This document shows positions 25,801-37,900 of a stretch of DNA of 64,000 nucleotides, in pieces. Every line of letters starts with the position of its first letter. Position 1 is the first letter of the stretch. The stretch covers positions 13,020,001 to 13,084,000 of the forward strand of contig CAIIXF020000001.1 of the NCBI GenBank assembly GCA_903813345.2, given 5' to 3'. The notes below the pieces were generated by a model, which saw only the letters and a list, made by a program, of their open reading frames with translations, made no database searches and was not told where the DNA came from. Position numbers and translations under genes: made by a program. This stretch comes from Owenia fusiformis (Eukaryota).

Positions 25801-28800
25801 TAGCCTTATTGAGAGATTTCTGTTGCAATTCCTTTCAGCACTTTAGGATTTTGTTTCAGCTCATCAATGCTGTTTATTGGATACTTTTAATTGTACCATT
25901 TCTTCGAGATGGCTCCATGTATGGTAATCAAACACATTAGCATCGGGGCTGTTGGGTGGCCAAGCATCGAGATCAATCAAATTGACACCTTGTTTGCAAA
26001 GAAATGCCAATGTCTCCTTTGATCTATGGTACGAGGCAATGTCTTGTAGGAAAATAAAATCCTCGTCACATATACGTTTAATTTCTTTTAACAGACCCCC
26101 TTTGAGTACTTATTGATAATAAACAACACTAAAATTCATAAACAATAAGTTAAGTCACACAATATGCAAATATACAAGCATGTATTCACCTAACAAAATG
26201 ATATTCTATAAATAAAAAATTAACATTATTCCGCAGATTTACTATTTTCTCCCTAAAATCTGGATACCTTAAATACCGACCCGGCCTCCCAAATAAGCAT
26301 GATAAAACTTTAATATTGATTTCATGACATAGTGTTATATACCAAATTGTTCGAAAATGGATTACCTTTAAAATGATATATAAATCAATGTAACATATTG
26401 AACATAGCTATTTTTATTCTGATTTAAAGTTGGGTATTGTTTTTTTTGGCCCACCCTGTAAATTGAAAGATTCGGATGTCTTTTTGAGTAGTTTCTACTA
26501 GTGATAGTGATCAATTTTATTTTGAACTGTTTTAGCATGTTAAGCGTGCATTGTATGTGATTTGTGCAGATATCGTAGGGAGGGTTGCTCGAGGTGATAA
26601 CCCACCATATCGACCTGATGTACCTGCAACGTCCGAAGAGGGAAACACTGCGATAGCCATGATAGAACTTATGCGAAACTGCTGGCATGAAAACCCAGAC
26701 TATCGCCCTTCTTTTACTGACATTAAGAAACAGATGACAAGTGAAAATCGGGGCAGGTGAGTCTAACATATACTTGATAAACTTTATTTTGTATTTAGAA
26801 ATTGTTGGTCGAGTAGCAAGGGGGGATAATCCACCATATCGACCTTTGATGCCAATGGATGCAGATATTAACATCAATATGGTTGAGATGATGCGAACCT
26901 GTTGGCATGAAAATCCATTTTATCGACCAAGCTTCGTTGACATAAAGAAACAATTGAAATCATTTGATCAAGGAAAGTAAGTATAGAAAACAGTCTACAT
27001 TTTAGTGTTAATGGTTTTGGTCTTTTTGGATTGACAGCGTTCGTACCTGGGTTTACCCTTGTTTTCCATTCATTCGATCTTTGTTATCGTAACATTGGGT
27101 AATTGGGTACTGTTAATCTTGATGATATGTTTCTGCACGTGTAGGAAGTATAATATCATGGACAAGATGCTGATGAAAATGGAAGCTTATGCGAATAACC
27201 TTGAAGAAGTTGTGGAGCACAGAACACAGGAACTGATGGAGGAGAAGAAGAAGACTGATACACTGTTATACAGAATGTTGCCGGGGTAAGAATCCAGAAA
27301 CACCTCTCTGGCTTTCATTGTCTCGTGGTCGGACATTTCATTTCAAGTATGTGAGGCATATAATGATAAGATGGTATGGCCTCGATGTGTTTACACTCTC
27401 CCATGTATACCGTTCCGTATTAGTGAAATTGTTGACATTAATACGGAATAAATCATACCATTTCATGAAAAATGGTGACCTTGTCCTACGGAAATTGAGA
27501 TTATGTTTCACAGCAAGTTCGCACGGCGATACTGTATAGCACATGCTCTGGGGAATTGATTCTACTTTCTATAGACACCAATCACATCTCTGTCAATATA
27601 ATAATAAAAAAGCCTTAGGGTCCCAACCTCCTTTGTTTACATTTACAAAAATCTGAAAAAATGACAAAAGTTGCCATAACTTTTTAAATCTAAATCTGTT
27701 GAAACCGATTTCACTTGCTTGCGACAGATACTTTAGTCCTTCACGAACCGAACATGTCAGTTTGGTTCGTAATATCTACAAATAAACGATTTCAACATTT
27801 TGAAAAACTCGATGCTAGTCCACGTGTTAATACGGAATGGGTGTTAAATCGTATACATTCCCGGGGAAATCACAATTTCCACAAAGCTTGCAATGATGCA
27901 TCTTATTGCATGCAAATGGCACGTTAATCAACAGCGTCAACACGTCCGTCAATCGCAAGGATCGAATGTACATAAACAGTGTTCTCTTTTTCTTAAAGGC
28001 CCCATGTAAAGTTTAAACCACTTTGGCTTATATTGTAGTCTTACCCAATGTTATCAAAGTGTGATATGTGAAACTTTTTTTTTAAATTTCAAAAAGTGGT
28101 TTTTGATAGACTTTGTGTTCCAAAATTTGTGAATTTATTTAAAACCAACTTTTAGAGGTCACTCATATCTTGTTATTAGCCACAATTCATACCAATGCAT
28201 AGCATTCATCCTCCCATGTTTTTTGCAGAAAAAATTAAGAAAATCGGTTGATAAACAAGCGAGAAATGAACTTATCAGTGCATGAAAATGGTTCTGAGAA
28301 AAATGCATTTCAAAATTTTAGTTCTCATAGAAACCAATGGTACAATGATATCTAAAACATAATTTATTCTTCCTTTTAACCTGGTTAGACAATCAATATT
28401 GTTTTTTTTATGAAAGTTTAGCATATTTAGAAAAGATTGATATCGAAAAAAAAAATTCAATTTTTTTCAAAAAGTTTTTGTTACCTTAGTGACATCACTA
28501 ATGTTTCAAAATATTTTTGATAAGCTAAAACATTGAAGTGGCCCATTAAATATGACATTTTATTATTGAAATAGTGTGTCTTTTGTTCAATCTTTGCATT
28601 GGTGTTAAAAAGATAATCTTTTTTGAAATGCATTAAGAAATATTTGATGATTAAGAAATTTCAACTTTTTTTGAAAAATGGCGGGAAATTTGAATATTTG
28701 AGAAATGAAATGCTCACAACTTTTTTTTCCAAAATTGTTTTTTGTTCAAAAATCTCTAAAACCACTTTTTAAGTCCTGACAAATAGTAAATGAATGATAA

Positions 28801-31800
28801 AAAAATATTTTCAAACTTTAGACGGGGACTTTAAGTATTTAAAGATACATGTAAGTTGTCCATCGACGGCGTCAACGTGATAGCTTTACGCCCATTAATA
28901 GTATAGATAGGTTGTTGTGCCTTTTCTTATTGCATCTAATAGGTATTAGTTTTACCGACGGCTACAACGTATGTCCTGGATCCAAGCAACGTGTTTGTTT
29001 TGTATTTAAGAATTGCTATAGCCATGGGATGGTCTCGCGTGGGGTATTTTTTGGGGTGCACAAGAAAACCCCACGAAAGTCCCGGTAGGTGTATATTATT
29101 AGGTACTTTGTGAACGTGTTGAGTTGTTTTCTTACCTGCCGATTCCCCCAACACGTTCCCATTACACCAGAGGATGATTGAAGTGTTAAAAATGGACAGC
29201 CAGCCGCATTGTCTTTGTAAAAGTGGGCAAGACCACAACAAAAGTCTTTTGATTTTTCCGACATTTTCATTCAAAAACGTGGTTGACGCCACATTTTAGA
29301 AAGACAATTAGTACTAAATGAGAATAGCTGTCCATTCCAGTCTAGTGCTGGCACTTAGATGATTTTCTTGCCAAGGTTGTGGTACATTCTTCAAACCGAC
29401 ATGACACTCTTACCCTCTCCATGACAATGAAGTTATAATTGAAACTAAATGCCCATGCTACTGAAACCCGTATTCAAGGTATTATGTTTAATACCCCGGG
29501 TTAAAACATACTAATATTGTACAACACTACTAATTATCTTAATTGCTTCATTTCATTCACGAGTGTACAGTTTCGTTCATTGAGTTTACCTATCGAGTCG
29601 ACCAATTCCGTATTAACACGTGGACTAGCATCGAGTTTTTTAAAATGTTGAAATCGTTTATTTGGAGATATTACGAACCAAACTGACATGTTTGGTTCGT
29701 CAACGACTAAAGTATCTGTCGCTGGCAAGTGAAATCGGTTTCAATAGTTTAAGATTTAAAAAGTTATGACAACTTTTGTAATTTTTTCACGTTTTTGTAA
29801 ATGTAAACAAAGGAGGTTGGGACCCTAAGGCTTTTTTATTATTCTATCGACAGCGATGTGATTGATGTCTATAGAAAGTAGAATCAATTCCCCAGAGCAT
29901 GTGCTATACAGTATCGCCGTGCGAACTTGCTGTGAAACATAATCTCAATTTCCGTAGGACAAGGTCACCATTTTTCATGAAATGGTATGATTTATTCCGT
30001 ATTAATGTCAACAATTTCACTAATACGGAACGGTATACATGAGAGAGTGTTTATATTTGATGCTATAACCGTTTTGTTCACACATTTGAAGTATATGAGG
30101 CATATAATGATCAGAGGGTACAGCCTCGAAGTGCTTCTATTATACTAAAATCTCTTTGTTTACACATTTTAGACCTATTGCTGAGAGTTTGAAGACTGGG
30201 AAATCTGTCCACCCAGAACTATATGATACAGTGACTGTTTTCTTCTCAGATATAGTGGGCTTTACAAGGTTATGCTCAAAAAGTACACCATTACAGATCG
30301 TCACTCTTCTTAATGACCTTTATACACTTTTCGATGATGTCATTGCCAAATATGATGTATATAAGGTACACTAATCTGAACATTTTATTTCAATGTTATG
30401 TCTGTTTTGGCATGTCTTATAAACTGCCAATCATGCAAGCATGCTTGAAATGCAAAACTACTCAATGCGGTCCATCAACTACATCAAGGATCATCGAAAC
30501 CGGTGGAAGCAAAATACATTGATTAAGGGGGTGGGTATTTGAATTGTCAGTTATATGTATTGTTGTCTATGGGGTCATTTATCTAGGTGGAAACTATAGG
30601 AGATGCCTATATGTGTGTGAGTGGACTACCTCTACGAAATGGTAACAAACACGTTGCTGAAATAGCAGACATGGCCCTCGACTTGCTCAGTTCTATAGCT
30701 TCTTTCAAGATCAGGCACAGACCAAATAAACAGCTACAGGTATGAAAACTCCCGCAATTCCGGGACTACTCTGTCGGGATCAAGATAAGATTTGATCCTA
30801 TGTTTCAAATTATAGTGTCTATAAGGATTTGTCATTTATTCCGTGTACTGGTAGAAGTGCATTGGACATTATAAGCCCCAAAGATACAAAATGATGCCTT
30901 TTTATTTGAGTTGGGCTGATGTTCAGAAGTTATCATTTATTATTTTAGATTTGTTTCTTTTAACGTTTTACATGATACATGGATATGGACCATATTTTCA
31001 TTTTCATCCCTTTTACCATGTTTTTACAATATTCATTAAGGCTAGGATAGGGATCCACACCGGCCCATGTGCAGCAGGTGTTGTTGGGACACAGATGCCT
31101 CGGTACTGTCTATTTGGTGACACTGTCAATATGGCATCCACTATGGAATCAACAGGGGAAGGTAAAATAGGTTTAACAATAACATCTTATGAAATAGAAC
31201 GCTATTTAACACATTATCTCCAGTATGGCATTATTTTTGCTTCTTTATTCATTAAATTCAAATATATTCGATATATGAAACATTCATATTCGCTAAATCA
31301 TTTTTCCATTCGGTAAAAACGTTTATATGTTTGTTACAGCAAATTAAGTTTTCAAAATAGCCAATCACTTAATACTATGTGCATTAAATTACATATTTCA
31401 TTCGTTAAATGATTTTTTTGCGTAAATTGTTATGGTATTCCTTAAGAGTAACACATTATATGCACAATATTGAATTTTTATTTGAACCCTACCGAAATAA
31501 GTTTGCCTATATTTACCAAATGGTTTATTTTTCTATGACATAGTTAATGCATTTTACCGAAAACTGTTTTGCTATTTACCGAAAGCTAATTTGCTATTTA
31601 CCGAATGCAATAAAGTAATATTCGATAACTTGCGTTGTGGTTCGATATTTTGTCACGTGACTTCGAGATTTGCAAAATGGCCGCGCAGCTATTCTACATC
31701 GTACAAATATATCACGTGACTGAAAGTCTCGTAAATTATCGAAAAATAACGAAATTTATCGAATGTGGCATTCGGTATTTACCGAATATAAATAATTTAA

Positions 31801-33215
31801 ATACCGAATGTACAAATAATTAATTGAATTATACGTGCGTTAAGGAAAACAAATTGATTCGCTGCATCACACAAATACATGTATACATATCAAATGTGAA
31901 TGTCAATACAAAGAACAAGTGAAACTATTTAGCGAATATAAATTGTATAGATTATTACATTTGATAAAATAAAAAAACATTCGATAGATTGGGTAAAGGT
32001 TTGGTAAATTGTTTGTTTTATTTGGTATTTATGGAATATTGATGTACCGAATAAAGAAGCAGTTTAAACATCATATTCCAGTTGTGATTGTCTAGAATGT
32101 GATCAGACCCTGGGGATCAGATCCCACATGTTCCCATCGTATGCCTGGACCAATCGGTGCACATGGATATTGCCTTTCTGCACTATAAATATTCCTTTGT
32201 ACTAATTTAGTGTCAAGGCTATTCCAAAGAATTCATCCTCATGCAATTTATGAGAAGAATAAATAATGTTTTAATGGTTGTAGCATTACGTATACAGATG
32301 AGCCAGGAGGCAGTAGATGTTCTCTTGGAACACACAGGCTACATGGTGAAGGAAAGAGGCGATGTGGAAGTAAGAGTAGGTGTCCTATTATGTATTTTCG
32401 AATCGTTTCCTTTTCGTTGTCTGTATCATAAATACAAAGCTTTTGATGTATCATTCATAGAGAACAATTGAAAAATATGAATTTTTATAGGATATTAATT
32501 AGTCTATTTATCATCTGCTTCATCTATGTAGGGAAAGGGAAATCTGACGACCTATTGGTTGACTGGTAAACGGGGTTTCCACAAGCCGCTCCCCAAACTC
32601 AGTGTTGACTTGTAAGTTATACACAGATCGTGATCACTTATTTGATGTACTGGCCCTTTTAGCATGTTTTTTGATATAGTCAATCACTTTATACAACAGT
32701 TATATTAAGGATGTTCAGGGGACAAACTTTGTTTTAAATAGTATTTCAACATAATATTTGGTAAGCACATGGGCTACAAATATGTAAGGGCTAGTATCAG
32801 AAAATTTCCAGAGAACATCCTTAATTTGCAATATTTGATCATATGAATATTTTGGTTATTGGAAAAAAATGAATATTTTGGTTATGTAGGCGGTTGAAAT
32901 AGAACAAAAGGCCTACTTCCATTTTCAGGCCTCATATGATTGTTGAGGAAATTGATGACTTGACAGGTCAGTATCAACGAGTTGAAATCCTTCCACGTTT
33001 TTTTCTAAAAGTTTTATAAAGTGATTGTTCAACTAATGACTAAATCATATTCTGTCTTGCAATGTGGATATTTAATTTTATAAAGTCAATAAGTATTTAA
33101 GAGATATATCATTTGAAACTTGATTAAATGGAACTTACACGCTTTACAAAAGAATTTAATCTTAATTGATTTTGAATTATAAATCTTAACCCTTTCAGAT
33201 CAAGTGGTGACATGA
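16888..33215 (+). CDS. Receptor (membrane) guanylyl cyclase, natriuretic peptide receptor type: signal peptide, extracellular ligand-binding domain, TM helix, kinase-homology domain, coiled coil, cyclase domain
   Basis: Exons: 16888-17096; [17358-17467 | 17703-17812 | 18152-18261]; 18726-19076; 19297-19490; 19600-19716; 21180-21315; 21659-21789; 23070-23184; 23342-23423 (TM); 23553-23676; 23848-24045; 24206-24310; 24454-24525; 24845-25013; 25143-25292; [26570-26756 | 26799-26976]; 27145-27285; 30173-30365 (FSDIVGFT); 30587-30739 (VETIGDAY); 31041-31161 ([12 protein letters not shown]); 32284-32375; 32532-32611 (GKG..TYWL); tentative last exons 32929-32966 and 33199-33215. All splice phases are consistent. 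Confidence 0.93.
17358..17467 (+). CDS. Guanylyl cyclase exon 2a (mutually exclusive candidate)
   Basis: 110 nt, AG..GT, phase 2-1; [36 protein letters not shown]. Confidence 0.85.
17703..17812 (+). CDS. Guanylyl cyclase exon 2b (mutually exclusive candidate)
   Basis: 110 nt, AG..GT, phase 2-1; [36 protein letters not shown]. Confidence 0.85.
18152..18261 (+). CDS. Guanylyl cyclase exon 2c (mutually exclusive candidate; absent from the ORF track)
   Basis: 110 nt, tttacAG..GTgggt, phase 2-1; [36 protein letters not shown]. Confidence 0.82.
19765..20135. repeat. ~39-bp minisatellite in a guanylyl cyclase intron; second array at ~20723-21012
   Basis: Repeated unit of the form ttgataaaagtcctccacatgtaacctccgattctttacaatgt with substitutions. 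Confidence 0.85.
25341..26458 (-). mobile_element. Tc1/mariner deletion derivative with long TIRs and a DD37D (maT-type) transposase relic
   Basis: TA|cag(a)gggtgggccaaaa ... ttttggcccaccctg|TA with ~350-bp inverted arms. Minus strand ~26110-25890 reads [38 protein letters not shown], with 37 residues between the two Asp. Confidence 0.85.
26570..26756 (+). CDS. Guanylyl cyclase kinase-homology exon 16a (mutually exclusive candidate)
   Basis: 187 nt, phase 1-2; [31 protein letters not shown]. Confidence 0.85.
26799..26976 (+). CDS. Guanylyl cyclase kinase-homology exon 16b (mutually exclusive candidate)
   Basis: 178 nt, phase 1-2; [31 protein letters not shown]. Confidence 0.85.
27394..30049. 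mobile_element. Large fold-back element, Chapaev-like (CAC..GTG, 4-bp TSD)
   Basis: About 440-bp near-identical inverted arms (27394-~27838 and ~29606-30049); TSD TTTA at 27390-27393 and 30050-30053. No transposase recognised. Confidence 0.75.
27997..28830. mobile_element. Kolobok-like MITE nested in the fold-back element
   Basis: TTAA|aggccccatgtaaagttt ... aaactttagacggggact|TTAA. Confidence 0.7.
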
Positions 33216-34133
33216 ATGGACGTATGACTCAAGATAGTGACTGATGTCATAAAACATGACAGTTCCTTCCAAGGGATTAAATTTAATGAGGTTGGAAATA
33301 ATCACGGCTTGATGAAGCAAGATTTGTAATCTTAGAAACGAAATCACCGAAACATCGTCGCCTGACAATGTAATACCAGAATCAGTCATCCTGGAAGAGA
33401 CAAAGACTGTCATTGTTTTTTACATTTACAGTTTCCGGGGAGTGAATTTTATCTTATATGTATTATATGACAGACTATTGTGCAAGATATTAGTAGTAGG
33501 TAGAAAGTATTCTGTTCGTTAATCTTAAAATATTTTATTGGCATTCCTAAACAGCACAAGTTTAAAAAATGAACTATACTACTCCGTAAAATTATGGTGT
33601 AATTTAGTACAAAAATAATCTACATACATTAAAGGAATGTACCACTTTTTGAACACCCTGTTTTTAAACGTTATTGTTATATTATGTTTTCTAAGTTCTA
33701 CGAGATGAGCGTGTTTATTTAGGTTTAACGCCAAAGATTCTGTTGAATCTTTGAAAGATTTTTAAACTCTTATTAAATAGGTACGAATTATTGTGAATGG
33801 TACATTTTGTTTAGTGTTTGTTAATCAATGTAGTCGACGTATTTTATCGTAATTAAACGATTTTTTAATTGTAAAATGATGTTATTACTAGAACATTGCT
33901 CAATCATTAAATGTGCTAATTACTATATGGAAATGTGCAATTTAAAACAAATTAAACATCACTTAGTGAGCGTTTATTGCATGTTCTTATGTATGTTATA
34001 AATTCATTATCATGTCGATATATTGATACAAAACTATTTTAGATGGAAGTTATTTCCTGTTTAAATATTCGCTAAACTAACTTCGCTGTCGACTTTCAGC
34101 TCTGATATGTGCTATGTACACTTCCCTCAATAA

Positions 34134-34452
34134 CACGGGGTGCGATCGAAAGATTAATCCACTATGACGGAGCATGCTATTTTTCATAAAAAAAATTAAG
34201 AAAATTTCACAATTTATTTTTCAACTTACGTACATGTTTCGTAATATCAATAGCTTATACTCCTAGAGTTATTGGACTCCAAACAGAAGTGAAGGTTGTC
34301 CGGAAATGATATATCCATTACATGGAGTAGGTAATTGTTTTTTGGTATAACGAAACATTAAAGTTCAAAAATAAATGGTGACGTTTTCATAGTGTCTTAT
34401 GAAAAATAGCATGCTCCTTCATAGCGGACAAATCTTTCGATCGTACCCCGTG
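34134..34452. mobile_element. Transib-like MITE
   Basis: CACGGGGtgcgatcgaaagatt ... aatctttcgatcgtaCCCCGTG with 5-bp TSD AATAA; inner arms ggagcatgctatttttcata are also inverted. Confidence 0.75.
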
Positions 34453-37400
34453 AATAATTGTCTACGTAATATGTACTGTCACATTGTACAGGGTTGGCCA
34501 AAAAGGGTTGGGCAGGATATGCAGAAATCAATTTTACAATTGATGTGGGATAAATCGATCTCCAGTTTTTTAATAGTCATAGTGTCTCACATATTCGATC
34601 AAAATTTGCCATGCAAACATGTTAGTCTACTTTACTGCCCCCCCCCCTTGCTGTAACAAGGAACCCAAAACACATTAAAACGTAAACATAAACCAATTAG
34701 TCACTTCACTATGAAAGTGGGGGTGTTAGCAAATGTATATTAGCAGAATACGCTGTGTGCATGGACTAACACAATATCAGTGGTCATTTACTGTGTCAAC
34801 TTAATAACCCTTGCATATCGTGCTCACTCAAGTATTGAATAATTTTTTTATGATCTAAATGTTTGTGGTTTATAAAAAAAAGTGATATATTTTAGTTAGA
34901 AATACATTAATTAATATATTCATTCAAACAGCACTAGAATGCGGGAAGAAAGAGCAATGGTGACAAAATGCAGACAGAATTTTCCGTAAGGGTTTCAAAC
35001 ATTTCTGGACACAATCATACATGTACTTCATGTGTACTGTTATTTTTAGTGCTGTATTTATAATTTCACGTATTAAAATCATATTTTCCAGCAATGACTT
35101 CAAATCCGGAACCACACCCATATCACATTTTCTTCAATAACTCCAAACATGTGTAAACATTGACCATGTGCATATAAATTCAGATTTCACGAGCTCTTTC
35201 CTATTCGAGTACCTCATACACCCCTGCATGGATTTGAGTTGGATTCGCCTTTTATACGTGAGCCGACACACTCGCAAACGGTGATTGGATAAAGATTGCG
35301 AGAAATTTGAGAAATTACAGATTTCAGAATGTTATTCGAGGCAACACGTTTACACTGATATTAGTCATGCCTCTTGGGGTCATGCCTTAAATTAAAGTAC
35401 CAGTTAGAAATACATTAGGTAGGGTGATCATTATATTCTGAAATAATTTCCATTTATAAGGATCAAGTAAGACAAATGAATAAGATGAAGAAAAACTGAT
35501 TCAGCATCAGGAGAAACGATGATTTTAGAAAATCATTCTGAGATCTTATTTGTGGCAAAAAGATCAGCATGGAGCTTGATTAAGCCAACACATTGAAGAA
35601 CCTGTTTCTGATTGTCGTTTAAGACCCAGTTTATATAAAAAACAAGCCAATAAAATAACATCATTTTTCATCAAGACTTTCGCCTACCAGTTCTGTTTTT
35701 CTTGATGTTAAACCAGTACATCTAAATTTCCTTATCAGTCTCAATACACTTCAAAATGCTTCTATCAGAAATATAAATTGCATTAGTGTATACAAAATAC
35801 TATAACGTTTCTCAAGCTATTTGAGGCATGATCATTATCATTGTAAGATTGTCATATTTAATTCTATCCTGATGTCTGTAAGTTTTCAAATATACCCCTA
35901 GGATCTGTTTACCTTCATAATTTTAAAACCCCTAGAGATTTATTAATTCCACTTCCGGAATATTTTTGAAATTAATTTCTGCATATCCTGCCATGCATTT
36001 TCATAAAGGTTCTATCGAAATAAGAATTGTGGACGTTTTTGGTTTACCCTTTACAGGCGTTCCAGCACGGAGCACGGCATAGCGATAGCCAACGTACACG
36101 CTTACCAAAAATGACAGCGATGCCATCAATGTCATTGTCGATTGTAAATCAAAAAAAAAGAAATATTTGTCTCTATATCTACCAACACATCTATTCATTA
36201 CATTTAATTGATTGGAATTTGGGCAGTGTACATTCTTATTGATAAATATGATATTGTAAATCATAGTCATCTAGATCATATAACACATGGAAGGAAAATA
36301 TTGAGTAAAAATGGATTTGTGATCGGGGTCGGTGGGCCTCGGTTTCATTCGGGCGGTATCGGATAACCTGTATAGCCTTTCCCATAGTCTGCTCTTACCA
36401 AGGGGGGGGGGGGGGGGGTTGACAGTTTTGGCTAAAATAATGCGAAAGAGCTCAGAGTGGTGAAAAACTGCAGCCAGCTCCCCTTGGCTTCGGGCCTGAT
36501 AGCCCAATCAAATACGCCAAACTCGAATGAGTTGGATTGAATGATTTTTCTGTATGTATAAAGCCGTTCTATTGTACACATATATTATTAAATCTGTTTG
36601 TATTGCAAATAAATCTTAATAAAATACGATACATGTACATTCTATTGTTTTAGTAATTACATAATAAAACAATACCTCGTTGAATGTTGTATTGGGTGCC
36701 CTAAAAAAACACCGAGATTAACACAGAATAACTCATAGAGTGACGAAGGAATTCTTGAAATTTGGTCATCTGACATTTGACATTAATAAACATCCATTAA
36801 GTATCATTAGGTAACTCTTTTTAGTTTTAGAAAAAGGGTTGTATTTTACCGACCATATTTCAATGCTCAAACTATGAATTTACTCTATGAGGAATATTTT
36901 CGAAATTTAGTGAGTTGACAGTTTGACCTACCAGTATGCATTTTTAAAACAATTTTGTATAAGAACATTAAAGAAATAATTATTCAAAATTATTGTCATA
37001 CGAATTCATTATTCGGGTTTCCTACAGTAATAAAATAGAGTTATATCAGGTATCACCTGCAAGTGATAGATCACATATTTGGGTAGGGATGATATCTGAT
37101 ATGACATTGTGATTAGAGAGGTGATATCAGGGATGATATGGATATCAACCCGAGTATTTATTCAAATCTTTTTTACAAAATTTTCATTTTTTTCAAGTTT
37201 CATTTTTTAAAAAAAATCATTTTTTACAAAATTTTCACTTTTCAAGGTTTTCATTTTTTGAAAATTTTTCTCATTCAACAGATAATCTTAGGTAGATATT
37301 GCTGTTGAACATGGTATAAGATCATTATCATGTCACCTGTCGGGATGATATGAGGAATATATCCCTAGGATGATATCAATATTTCTCTCCGTAACTGCGC

Positions 37401-37900
37401 TCCCTCGGGAAATATTGATACCATCCATGTGATATTCCCCATATCAGATCCCTCCTGGTGAATAACTTCTTTCAAGTTCTTTACATACTGTGATGTAATA
37501 TAGGGTCAATTGGCCTTCATATTTGTCCTTTAATTTGTTTACCACTTGTATAATAGGTCTCAAGGTTAAGACACTCGGCGTCTCAATTGGTAATATTCCT
37601 TGTAGTGTAACACTTGGCAATGTTTAAACAATTAAAGACCAGATGCTACAAGATATTAATGCCACTCAACTTTTGGGTACGGTTAATATAAGTCTTTGGA
37701 TATGAAAAGTTATTGTTGGTTAGGGCTACTAACGTACGATTGTGACACATATAGCAGTGTAATGGTGACATCTGTTGCTCACTTAGTATCTTAGATATTT
37801 GACCCACCCAACTTTGACGAGGATAGTATACATTTATAGTGTATGACTGCCAAGTCTTTCAGTAGGAACTATTATTATGGCCTGAAGATAACTTTTCAAG

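Noticed and set aside
26368-26877. 169-aa minus-strand ORF
   Set aside because: Antisense shadow of exons 16a/16b plus a transposon arm, with no recognisable motif.
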